Shown piece after piece: positions 24,900 through 36,603 of a DNA stretch of 64,000 nt. How positions within the stretch are numbered: position 1 is the first letter of the stretch; each line of letters starts with the position of its first letter. Made by a program: the position numbers and the translations under genes. The stretch is from Mobula hypostoma (taxonomy: Eukaryota): assembly GCF_963921235.1 (NCBI RefSeq), contig NC_086097.1, positions 106,456,001 through 106,520,000 on the forward strand, written 5' to 3'. The notes below the pieces were generated by a model. That model was not told the DNA's origin. It searched no databases and saw only the letters and a program-made list of their open reading frames with translations.

Positions 24900-26480
24900 T
24901 ATAGAAACATAGAAAATAGGTGCAGGAGAAGGCCATTCAGCCCTTCGAGCCTGCACTGCCATTTATTATGATCATGGCTGATCATCCAACTCAGAACCCT
25001 GCACCAGCCTTCCCTCCATACCCCCTGATCCCCGTAGCCACAAGGGCCATATCTAACTCCCTCTTAAATATAGCCAATGAACTGGCCTCAACTGTTTCCT
25101 GTGGCAGAGAATTCCACAGATTCACCACTCTCTGTGTGAAGAAGTTTTTCCTAATCTCAGTCCTAAAAGGCTACCCCTTTATCCTCAAACTGTGACCCCT
25201 CGTTCTGGACTTCCCCAACATCGGGAACAATCTTCCTGCATCTAGCCTGTCCAATCCCTTTAGGATTTTATACATTTCAATCAGATCCCCCATCAATCTT
25301 CTAAATTCCAACGAGTACAAGCCTAGTTCATCCAGTCTTTCTTCATATGAAAGTCCTGCCATCCCAGGAATCAATCTGGTGAACCTTCTTTGTACTCCCT
25401 CTATGGCAAGTATGTCTTTCCTCAGATTAGGGGACCAAAACTGCACACAATACTCCAGGTGTGGTCTCACCAAGGCCTTGTACAACTGCAGTAGTACCTC
25501 CCTGCTCCTATACTCGAATCCTCTCGCTATAAATGCCAGCATACCATTCGCCTTTTTCACCGCTTGCTGTACCTGCATGCCCACTTTCAATGACTGGTGT
25601 ATAATGACACCCAGGTCTCATTGCACCTCCCCTTTTCCTAATCGGCCACCATTCAGATAATAATCTGTTTTCCTATTTTTGCCACCAAAGTGGATAACTT
25701 CACATTTATCCACATTAAATTGCATCTGCCATGAATTTGCCCACTCACCCAACCTATCCAAGTCACCCTGCATCCTCTTAGCATCCTCCTCACAGCTAAC
25801 ACTGCCGCCCAGCTTCGTGTCATCCGCAAACTTGGAAATGCTGCATTTAATTCCCTCATCCAAGTCATTAATATATATTGTAAACAACTGGGGTCCCAGC
25901 ACTGAGCCTTGTGGTACCCCACTAGTCACCGCCTGCCATTCTGAAAAGGTCCCGTTTATTCCCACTCTTTGCTTCCTGTCTGCTAACCAATTCTCTATCC
26001 ACATCAATATCTTACCCCCAATACCGTGTGCTTTAAGTTTGCACACTAATCTCCTGTGTGGGACCTTGTCAAAAGCCTTTTGAAAATCCAAATATACCAC
26101 ATCCACTGGTTCTCCCCTATCCACTCTACTAGTTACATCCTCAAAAAAATTCTATGAGATTCGTCAGACATGATTTTCCTTTCACAAATCCATGCTGACT
26201 TTGTCCGATCATTTCACCGCTTTCCAAATGTGCTGTTATCACATCCTTGATAACTGACTCCAGCAGTTTCCCCACCACCGACGTTAGGCTAACCGGTCTA
26301 TAATTCCCCGGTTTCTCTCTCCCTCCTTTTTTAAAAAGTGGGGTTACATTAGCCACCCTCCAATCCTCAGGAACTAGTCCAGAATCTAACGAGTTTTGAA
26401 AAATTATCACTAATGCATCCACTATTTCTTGGGCTACTTCCTTAAGCACTCTGGGATGCAGACCATCTGGCCCTGGGGAT
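24900..26480 (-). mobile_element. Young 5'-truncated CR1 LINE (RT to tail)
   Basis: ORFs 26141-26494, 25618-26124, 25171-25590 (GPDGLHPRVLKE, YLDFQKAFDKVPH, GVPQGSVLGP, FADD, RPHLEYCVQFW); TTTCTATGTTTCTAT tail. Confidence 0.95.
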
Positions 26481-26854
26481 AAACCATTCAACACAGATAT
26501 TCTAAACCACTATTTCAGAAGTACCTGGTGATAGCTGGAGTGAAATGCCCATGGGTAAATAGCCCACAGGTAGGAATCAGATGCACCCTATTTCTATGCC
26601 ATGAAATATCAACCCACTTGAAGTTAGTCCAAAAAATCTGGGAACTTGTCTTGGGTGTTATGGTGAATTTGTGGGTCTTCATTAAACTCATACTTGGCTA
26701 TAAATATAGAGTAATTGTGCTAGGATCAGAAACAAAATGAACATTTGCAGCCTTCGTTTCTGCATCATTCCTTAGGAGTCAAGGACAGTACAGCGGCAAC
26801 TTGTACACTGAAGCATCTCTGACGGGTACAACCTTAATTTTCAATTGTGCGATA

Positions 26855-27022
26855 ACTCACATGAAATGCCGGAGGAGCTCAGCAGGTCAGGCAGCATCTA
26901 CGTAAGGAATGAACAGTCGATGATTTGGGCCAAGAACCTCACCAGGACTGGACAGGAATGGGAAAGATGCTAGATTGAGAAGGTGGAGGTAGGGGAAGGA
27001 GTAAAAACTAGAAGGTGATAGG
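26855..27022 (-). mobile_element. Degraded Penelope pseudo-LTR fragment
   Basis: GGAGGAGCTCAGCAGGTCAGGCAGCATCTA...CAGTCGATGATTTGGGCCAAGAACCTCACCAGGACT matches the 42080-42170 terminus; hammerhead core decayed. Confidence 0.65.
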
Positions 27023-27194
27023 GTCAATTGTGCCAACAGCAAAGATCATGAGGATGGATCTAGTTGGTGCGGGAAGAGCAAACAAATGTGAAAAGGTCAA
27101 AGCCCCATCATACCAATGCTGCCATGGTATAATTTACTGTAATTAGTAACCTAGATAGGGAAAAAACAAGCCTATCTACTGGGTATTATTTCTC

Positions 27195-27928
27195 CATAGA
27201 ACCATAGAACATTACAGCACAGAAACAGGCCTTTTGGCCCTTCTTGGTTGTGCTGAACCATTTTTCTGCCTAGTCCCACTGACCTGCACCTGGACCATAT
27301 CCCTCCATGCACTTCTCATCCATGTACCTGTTCAAGTTTTTCTTAAATGTTAAAAGTAAGCCCACATTTACCACTTCATCTGGCACCTCCTTCCACACTC
27401 CCACCACTCTCTGTGTGAAGAAGCCCCCCTAATGTTCCCTTTAAACCTTTCCCCCTTCACCCTTAACCTATGTCCTCTGTTTTCCTCAGTGGAAAAAGCC
27501 TGCTTGCATTCACTCTATCTATACCCATCATAATTTTATATACCTCTGTCAAATCTCCCCTCATTCTTCTATGCTCCAGGGAATAAAGTCCTAACCTATT
27601 CAATCTTTCTCTGTAACTCAGTTTCTCAAGTCCTGGCAACATCCTTGTAATCCTTCTCTGCACTCTTTCAACCTTATTAATAGCCTTCCTGTAATTTGGT
27701 GACCAAAACTGCACACAATACTCCAAATTCGGCCTCACCAATGCCTTATACAACCTCATCATAACATTCAAACTCTTATACTCAATACTTTGATTTAGAA
27801 AGGCCAATGTACCAAAAGCTCTCCTTATGACCCTATCTACCTGTGATGCCACTTTTAGGGAATTTTGTATCTGTATTCCCAGATCCCTCTGTTCTACTGC
27901 ACTCCTCAGTGCCCTACCATTTACCTTC
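27195..27928 (-). mobile_element. CR1 3' end
   Basis: ORF 27463-27936 EQRDLG...RPNLEYCVQFWSP; TTCTATGG tail; sister copy at 62150-62857. Confidence 0.92.
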
Positions 27929-28785
27929 TCCTTCAAATAATAATGGATTCAATGATCAAGCATAATAAAATCACTATGGTTACTTCCTGGATAATAGTGG
28001 ATTATGTACAAACATTGTACTGTATCTGTGGTCAGTAGCAGCTGAAGATTAATTCTTCCCACGAAGGCCATGTTATAGGTGTAAGTAGCCCTGCTGCATG
28101 GTATGGAAAGACGTCCTGCTACCTCTTATTCAGCCATTTTTTTTGATGATGTTGACCCTTGTATTCTCTTCAGTTATCATCTTCTTGACAGATGAATGCA
28201 GGTTGCTTGGTGTCTCTTGGGGTGGCTCAAAAAGGTGTGGTGATATGAAAGATATGTATTTGAATTATTCACTAGCAAAAAATATAACCATCAGGCCTAA
28301 GCAAGACAAGTTAATCTACAAATTAATTTTAAAAATACTAAGCGTACACTTTCTCACCACAGACTTTGATTCCTGTACTGAAAAATTCTGTTTCTTTTGA
28401 TGGAAACATTATTTATAATAGGAAGGAGATATTCAGCCATTGTGTCCACACTAGATCTTGGAACATACTCCTCAATTAGCCTCATTTCCCCCTTCTTTTC
28501 CTATTGCTGTATAACATTATATGTTATTCAGTTTTGCTATCATTTTCGTTACAACACCAGGTGTTTAATTTGCAGAGTGAGCTTCATAGATTTCTTAATC
28601 CAATTTTAAGCCTATCACACACAGTTTTGTTACGAAGGATATCAATATACTTATTTTAAAAATCAATTGTGAGTAATCCCACTGAGTATACCATATTTTC
28701 AAAAACATGCAGCGAGCCGACGAATTCTGCGGTTGTATGCCATTTATATAACCATATAACAATTACAGCACAGAAACAGACCATC

Positions 28786-29840
28786 TGTTCTTTGACCAGT
28801 CCAGTTTATTGTCAATTCGTATCCCCAGGTATTTGTAATCCTCCTCCATGTCCACACTGACCCCCTGGATGGAAACAGGGGTCACTGGTACCTTAGCTCT
28901 CCTCAGGTCTATCACCAGCTCCTTAGTCTTTTTCACATTAAGCTGGAGATAATTCTGCTCACACCATGTGACAAAGTTTCCTACCGTAGCCCTGTACTCA
29001 GCCTCATCTCCCTTGCTGATGCATCCAACTATGGCAGAGTCATCCGAAAACTTCTGAAGATGACAAGACTCTGTGCAGTAGTTGAAGTTCGAGGTGTAAA
29101 TGGTGAAGAGAAAGGGAGACAAGACAGTCCCCTGTGGAGCCCCAGTGCTGCTGATCACTCTGTCGGACACACAGTGTTGCAAGCACACGTACTGTCGTCT
29201 GCCAGTCAGGTAATCAAGAATCCATGATTCCAGGGAAGCATCCACCTGCATCGCTGAGAGCTTCTCCCCCGGTAGAGCAGGGCGGATGGTGTTGAACGCA
29301 CTGGAGAAGTCAAAAAACATGACCCTCACAGTGCTCGCTGGCTTGTCCAGGTGGGCATAGACACGGTTCAGCAGGTAGACGATGGCATCCCCAGCCCCTA
29401 GTCGGGGCTGGTAGGCGAACTGGAGGGGATTAAGTGTGGCCTGACCATAGGCCGAAGCAGCTCCAGAACAAGTCTCTCCAGGGTCTTCAGGATGTAGGAG
29501 GTCAGTGCCACCGGTCTGTAGTCATTGAGGCCGCTGGGGCGCGGCGTCTTTGGCACAGGGACGAGGCAGGACGTCTTCCACAGTACAGGAACCCTCCGGA
29601 GCCTCAGGCTCAGGTTGAAGACATGGCGAAGTACTCCACATAGCTGAGGGGCACAGGTTTTGAGCACCCTGGTATGCCACCATCCGGTCCTGCAGCCTTG
29701 CTTGAGTTGAGACGTTTCAGCTGTCTTCTCACCTGTTCAGCTGTGAAGCCCACCGTGGTGGTTTTGTGTGGGGAAGGGGTATAGTCATAAGAGCAGGGTG
29801 GGGGACTGTGAGGAGGGGTAGGAGGGGAGAGTGGAATATG
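28786..29840 (-). mobile_element. Rex1/Babar LINE RT fragment
   Basis: ORFs 29398-29667 (LNDYRPVALTS) and 28763-29329 (FFDFSSAFNTI, GAPQGTVLSP, KFSDDS); same family as 1-697. Confidence 0.92.
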
Positions 29841-29949
29841 TTCTGCAGTAGTTAAAACTGAGTCATCATTTTCTTGCACTGTTCTGACATTTCCTGCTAT
29901 AAAATGATTTATAGTGAGAATAGTTATTTTTGAAACTGTTGTCTCTGCA

Positions 29950-30450
29950 TTGACGACACTCAGTATTCAGCACTATCACCTCCTCAAAATTCATCACCAC
30001 ACTACAAGACCTGAGCCACAGTAACTCCCTATGTAAGTGGATCCTTGATTTCCTCACTGGCAGCCACTCACCATCAGCACAGGTGCACCACAGGTCTGTG
30101 AGCTTAACTCCCTGCTCTGCTCACTTTATAAGTATGATTGTGTGGCTAAGTACAGCTCCAACACAGTATTTATGTTTGTTGATGAGTATTTAAGTTTGCA
30201 CTGTTGTCGGTTGAATCGAAGGAGGAGATAAATTGGCATATGAGAAGGAGATTGAAAATCTGGTTGAATGGTGCCTCATTAGCAGCTTCTTACTTAATGT
30301 CAGCAAAAGCAAAGAGATAATTATTGATGACAGGACGAAGAAGCCAGAATTCATTGAGGCGGTCCTCCTTAGGAGAATGGAGGTGGAGAGGATCAGGGGC
30401 TTTAAACTTCCATTAACATATCAGAGGATCTGTCCTGGAAACAGATTGTA
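29950..30450 (+). mobile_element. Degraded Rex1-type RT fragment
   Basis: AYEKEIENLVEWC....LLNVSKSKEIIID (30233-30451). Confidence 0.65.
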
Positions 30451-30594
30451 AGTCCCTTTGATATTTCCTTTGTTCCACCCATCCCTTCACACCTTCTTTG
30501 ATACTAAAACCAAACTTTATTTTCTTTCCCAATTCCGACAAAGGACCCTAGACCTGAAACATTAATTGCTTCTCTTTCCACAGATGTTGCCTAA

Positions 30595-31696
30595 CCTGGC
30601 AGCTTGGATAAAAAATTGGCTTACAGGAAGAAAGTAGAGGGTGGTAGTGGAAGGAAAGTATTCTGCCTGGAGGTCGGTGACTAGTGGAGTGCTGCAAGGA
30701 TCTGTCCTGGGACCCCTGCTCTTTGTGATTTTTATAAATGACCTGGATGAAGAAGCGGAAGGATGGGTGAGTAAGTTTGCAGATGACACAAAGATTGGAG
30801 GAGTTGTGGATGGAGCTGTAGGTTGTCAAAGGTTACAAGAGGATATAGACAGGATGCAGAGTTGGGCAGAAAAGTGGCAGATGGAGTTCAATCCAGATTA
30901 GTGTGAGGTAATGCATTTTGGAAGGACAAACCAGAAGGCTGAACACAGGGTTAATGGTCTGTTACTTCAGAGTGTGGATGAACAGAGGGACCTTGGGGTT
31001 CAAATCCATACATCCCTCAAGGTTGCTGCACAGGTTGATAGGATAGTTAAGAAGTTCTATGGGATGCTAGGCTTCTTTAATAGGGGGATTGAGTTCAAGA
31101 GTAGAGATGTCATGTTGCAACTCTACAGATCTCTGGTGAGACCACACTTATGGAGTATTGTGTTCGGTTCTGGTCACCTCATTATAGGAAGGATGTGGAA
31201 GCTATGGAGAGGGTGCACAGGAGATTTACCAGGATGTTGCCTGGATTGGAAAACAAGTCTTATGAGGCAAGGTTAGCAGAGCTGGGACTTCTCTCTTTGG
31301 AGCGTAGAAGGATGAGAGGGGACTTGATAGAGGTCTACAAGATTATGAGAGGCATAGATAGGGTGGATAGCCAGTATATGTTTCCCAGGGCATGAATAGC
31401 AAACACCAGAGGGCATATGTACAAAGTTAAGGGAGGGAAGTTTAGGAGAGACATCAGAGGTAAGTTTTTTTACACAGAGGGTTGTGGGTGCCTGGAATGA
31501 CTTGCCAGGGATGGCAGTGGAGGCTAAAACATGAGGGATATTTAAGAGCCTCTTGGACAGGTACATGGATGAAAGAAAAATAGAGGGTTACGGGATAGTG
31601 TGGGTTTAGTACTTTTTTTTCGGAATATATGGGTTGGCACAACATCGAGGGCTGAAGGGCCTGTACTGTGCTGTAGTATTCTAGTGTGTAGTGTCT
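30595..31696 (+). mobile_element. 5'-truncated CR1, same subfamily as 11290-14168
   Basis: Near-identical to 13062-14165, including the in-frame GAT TAG TGT stop; CTAGTGT tail. Confidence 0.95.
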
Positions 31697-32259
31697 GATG
31701 ATCATTACCAGCTTTTTCTAGCATTACTCTGCTAGTTTGAATTGTCCTGTATCCTAGCTGAGACTGGAAATACACAGAAGTGTAAAAACTCCTTACAAAC
31801 AGGCGGGGATCAATTTTACAGCTCGTCTAACCGCTATGCTGTTGTGTGGCCAAACTGCACCGTGCCAAGACTAGTTGTATTCAGGGCTGCCGGAAGACAT
31901 GATAATCAACAATTAATGTTGTATGAATATGTGATCATTAACATTGTGTACTGTTGGACATTATGACTGTTGACTTTGTAAATTGTCTGATCTTGTGAAT
32001 GTCAGCTCTTGGACTTTTCCCATCTAAGTATTATGCTGTCCAATCAAGCTGTAGTCAGGAAATTTAGTTACATGGCAATAATTTATTCAGTGTTATACAA
32101 TCATAGATTGCTGTCTTCTGAAGTGTAAAGCATTCTGACCACTTCTGGATCATTTTACCACACTTAGGAATTTCGGTTGGACATCTTGCAATCAACCTGG
32201 ATCCCACAATTCATCTGTCTGCATGACTTCTTTCACAAACTCAACTTCACCGCTTATGT

Positions 32260-32665
32260 AGAACATTACAGCACAGTACAGGCCCCTTGGCCCAAGATAT
32301 TGTGCTGACCTTTTAACCTACTTTAAGATCAATCTAACCCTTCCCTTCTACATAGCCCTCTATTTTTCTGTCACTTATGTGCCTATCTAAGAGTTTCTTA
32401 AGTGCCTGTAAGTATCTGCCTCTACCACCAGCGCTGGTAGCGCATTCCATGTCCTCACCACACTGTGTAAAAACTTACCTTTGCCATCCCCTATATGTTC
32501 CTCCAATCACCTTAAAATTAGGCCCCCTCATATTAGCCATTTCCACCCTGGGAAACAGATTCTGGCTATCCACTTTAAACATGCCTCTTATCATCTTGCA
32601 CACCTCTATTAAGTCACTTTTCATCCTTCTTCGTTCCAAAGTGAAAAACTTTAGCTCGCTTATTC
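32260..32665 (-). mobile_element. CR1 3' end
   Basis: LERRRM..DLIEV.KM.RG...VDSQ.LFPR (32475-32669) plus CR1-type 3' UTR. Confidence 0.8.
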
Positions 32666-32874
32666 CCAAAGACTTTTTAAAAAATCAAAATAACTAAACA
32701 AATAAAACAGAAGTGTGGGCTTCAAACAAATGATCGTTTTTGCCAGTCCAAAACAATCCACCAAACTCACTATTTCTTACCCCCCCCCCAGGAAATGTAT
32801 GTACCCCTACAGTGCTAAGAAATTTGACAGTTCATGCACCTTCCAGATTCACAGCAAGCTTTCAAAAGTCCAGG

Positions 32875-33254
32875 TTATTGTCATATTGTTGTTCCTCTCC
32901 ACGCTTAGTGGCACATTGGATGGCAACCTCGCTGTTTCTTGCCTATTTTTTATAAGGCTGAGTTGCTAGCTTGACGCTCAACCCAGCACAGGTGGAGAGT
33001 GTAAACACGAGGAATTCTGCAGATGCTGGAACTTCAAGCAACACACATCAAAGTTCCTTCAGTTAGTCCTGACAAAGGGTCTCGGCCTGAAACATCGACT
33101 GTACCTCCTCCTAGAGATGCTGCCTGGCTTGCTGCGTTCACCAGCAACTTTGATGTGTGTTGTCAGGTGGACAGTGTGCAAGGAGCTGGCTGGATTCGAA
33201 CCTGGGATGCCTCACTTCGAAGTTTGGTGTGGAAGCCACTACACCACATGCCGG
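32875..33254 (-). mobile_element. tRNA-derived SINE interrupted by a Penelope-derived insert
   Basis: Minus strand: A box TGGTGTAGTGG, B box GGTTCGAATCC; 3' end GCGTGGAGAGGAACAACAA. Confidence 0.75.
33003..33163. mobile_element. 161-bp foldback Penelope pseudo-LTR insert with mutated hammerhead
   Basis: Inverted arms CAACACACATCAAAGTT / AACTTTGATGTGTGTTG; TSD CAGGTGGAGAGTGT (32989-33002) / CAGGTGGACAGTGT (33164-33177). Confidence 0.85.
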
Positions 33255-33429
33255 CGATTGTCATATGGACAAGTACATGTATGCACAGGTGAAGTGAAAA
33301 GCTTACTTTCCAGGAGCATCACAGGTACATAGCAGTAGCAAATATCAAGTGTAAAATTTAAAGAGCAAGCGGAGCCTGTCAGAATTTTCTGCAGAGCTTG
33401 AGATCGTTTGGGTTACTATTAGGTACTAG

Positions 33430-34695
33430 GTATGGACAAATAAAAAGAAATTAGATTTAAGATGAATGCCATTGTGGGAGCAGCCATTGTTGGAATGGGC
33501 TAGTGTTACCATGGGGAGTTGAGGCTCTGGCTCAAGATGCTTCAGTGAGGAAAGGCAGTTTCTCTTTTTTCCTTATTGAACAGTTAGAGCTGTGGCAATG
33601 GTAGCCAGCATGGTGAATTGCTCCTCTTGTAGGATGTGAGAAGAGAGGGACACCTCCAGTATGCCTGACAACTACACCTGTAAGAAGAGCATCCAGCTGC
33701 TGCTTCTTACAGACCACATTAGGGGACTAGAGCTGGCTGACCTGTGGACCATTGGGAAGAAGGAGGGTTTGACTGACAGGAGTTATATGTACGTAGTTAC
33801 ACCAAACGTGCAGGACACAGGTATCCAGGTGACCATCAGGAGAGGAAAAGGGGATAGGCAGTCAGTGCAAGGTACTGCTATGGTCCTTCCCCTCAATAAC
33901 AAACATATTGTTTTAGATATTTTTGTGGGAGGTGACCTAGCAGAGGAAAGCTACAGCAGTCAGGTCTCTGGCACTGAGTCTGGCTCTGTGACTCAGAAGG
34001 GAATGGAGGAAAACAGGCAAGCAGTAATGATAGGGGATTCATTGGTCAAGGGATCAGACAGGATGAACACAAGACTTGCAGAAGGTATGTTGCCTCCTAG
34101 GTGCCAGGGTCAGGACAAATCTCAGATCAAGTCCACAGCAGTCTTAAGGGAGAGGGTGAGCAGCCAGAAGTCACGGTCCATGTTGGTACCAATGACAAAG
34201 GCAGGGAAGGTGAAGAGGTCCTGCAAAGTATATTTAGGAATGTAGGTGCTAAGTTAAATGACAGGACCACCAAGGTGATGACCTCTGGATGGCTATCTGT
34301 CCTACAAGTAGGAAGATAATGCAATTTAACATGTGGATAAGAAGATGGTACAGGAAGGAGGGCTTCAGATTTTTGGACTTTCTTCCAGGGAAGGTGGGAC
34401 CTGCACATACAGAATGTTTTGCATGCACCTGAACCAAAAGGGGGCCAATATTCTTGCAGAAAGGTTTGCTAGTACTACGCTGAGGAGGGGGGTGTTAAAT
34501 TGGAGTTTCAGGGAAGTTAGTGGGGAAAGTAAATGTTAAGCCTACATACAAAGATAGGATATGAAAGATTTAACATGAGTTGTGTCTATTTTAATGCATG
34601 GAGCAGCATGTGGAATTTTGATATTGTGGCTATTAATGAGACAGTTGTAGGAGGGGCAAAACTGGCAGCTCAACATTCTGGAGTTCTGTTGCTCT
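33430..34695 (+). mobile_element. Old CR1 5' part (ORF1 with SGNH-esterase motifs, start of ORF2); continues at about 40198-40499, 41799-42026, 43476-43630
   Basis: VMIGDSLVKG, VTVHVGTND, MHLNQKG motifs typical of CR1 ORF1; endonuclease sequence resumes after each nested insertion. Confidence 0.8.
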
Positions 34696-34886
34696 AAAAA
34701 GATTTTTTAAAAATCACAAAGAGAAGGGGTCCCAGAACAGATCCCTGAGGCACACCACTGGTCACTGACCTCCATGCAGCATTTGACTTGTCTACAACCA
34801 CTCTTTGCCTTCTGTGAGCAAGCCAATTCTGGATCCACAAAGCAAGGTCCCTTTGGATCCCATGCCTCCTATTCTCTCAATAAGCT

Positions 34887-35469
34887 TTGCATGGGGTACC
34901 TTGTCAAATGCCTTGATAATATCTATATACACTACATCTACTGTTCTACCTTCATCAATACGTTTAGCCACATCCTCAAAAAATTCAATCAGGCTCCTAA
35001 CGCACGACCTGCCTTTCAGAAAGCCATGCTGACTATTCCTAATCATGTTATGCCTCTCTAAATCTTCATAAATCCTGCCTCTCAGGATCTTTTCCATCAA
35101 CTTACCAACCACTGAAGTAAGACTCACTGGTCTATAATTTCCTGGGCTACTCCCTTTCTTGAATAAGGGGTACCTTGTCAAATGCCTTGCATGGGGTACC
35201 TTGTCAAATGCCTTGATAATATCTATATACACTACATCTACTGTTCTACCTTCATCAATATGTTTAGCCACATCCTCAAAAAATTCAATCAGGCTCCTAA
35301 CGCACGACCTGCCTTTCAGAAAGCCATGCTGACTATTCCTAATCATGTTATGCCTCTCTAAATCTTCATAAATCCTGCCTCTCAGGATCTTTTCCATCAA
35401 CTTACCAACCACTGAAGTAAGACTCACTGGTCTATAATTTCCTGGGCTACTCTCTTTCTTGAATAAGGG
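34887..35469. repeat. Tandem duplication with 300-bp period inside the CR1 RT
   Basis: 34887-35169 repeats at 35187-35469 with two visible mismatches; extra GGGGTACCTTGTCAAATGCC copy at the junction. Confidence 0.95.
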
Positions 35470-36603
35470 AACACCATCTGCAGCCCTCCAATCCTCTGGA
35501 ACCTCCCGTCCCCATTGATCATGTAAAGATCATTGCTAGAGGCTCAGCAATCTCCTCCCTCGCCTCCCACAGTAGCCTGGGGTACACCTCGTCCGGTCCC
35601 TGAGACTTATCCAATTTGATCCTTTCCAAAAGCTCCAGCACATCCTCTTTCTTAATATCTATATGCTCAAGCTTTTCAATTCACTGTAAGTCACCTCTAC
35701 AATCGCCAAGATCCTTTTCTGTAGTGAATACTGAAGCAAAATATTCATTAAGTACCTCTGCTATCTCCTTCAGTTCCATACACAGTTTTCCACTGTCACA
35801 CTTGATTGGTCCTATTCTATCATGTCTTATTCTCTTGCTCTTCATATACTTGTAGAATGCCTTGGGGTTTTCTTTAATCCTGCTCGGCAAGGCCTTCTCA
35901 AGGCCCCCCCTGGCTCTCCTAATTTCATTCTTAAACTCCTTCTTATTAGCCTTATAATCTTCTAGATCTCTATCATTACTTAGTTTTTTGAACCTTTCGT
36001 AAGCTTTTCTTTTCTCCTTGACTAGATTTTCAACAGCCTTTATACACCATGGTTCCTGTACTCTACCATCCTTTCCTTGTCTCATTGGAACGTTCCTATA
36101 CAGAATGCCACGCAAATATCCCCTGAACATTTCCCACATTTCAGCTGTACGTTTCCCTGAGAACATCTCTTCTCAACTTATGCTTCCAAGTTCCTGCCTG
36201 ATAGCTTCATATTTCCCCTTACTCCAATTAAATGCTTTCCTAACTTGTGTGTTCCCATCCCTCCCCAATGCTATGGTAAAACAGATAGAATTGTGATCAG
36301 TATCTCCAAAATACTCTCCTGACACTTGACCAGGTACATTTCCCAATACCAGATCAAGTACAACCTCTCCTCTTGTAGGCTCATCTATATATAATGTCAG
36401 GAAACCTTCCTGAACACACCTAACAAACTCCACCCCATCTAAACCCCTCACTCTAGTGAGATGCCAATCAATATTTGGGAAATTAAAATCTCCCACCATG
36501 ACAACCCTGTTATTATTACACCATTCCAGAATCTGTCTCCCTATCTGCTCCTTGATGTCCCTGTTACTATTGGGTGGTCTATAAAAACACCCAGTGGAGT
36601 AAT

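Noticed and set aside
30530..30566. Additional hammerhead-like remnants (also about 14420-14456 and 26914-26950)
   Set aside because: Catalytic core nucleotides are mutated; presumed inactive
33190..33254. tRNA gene
   Set aside because: A/B boxes belong to a SINE head; no complete cloverleaf or terminator
33661..34540. Host GDSL/SGNH esterase gene
   Set aside because: Motifs are part of a decayed CR1 ORF1 directly followed by ORF2 sequence
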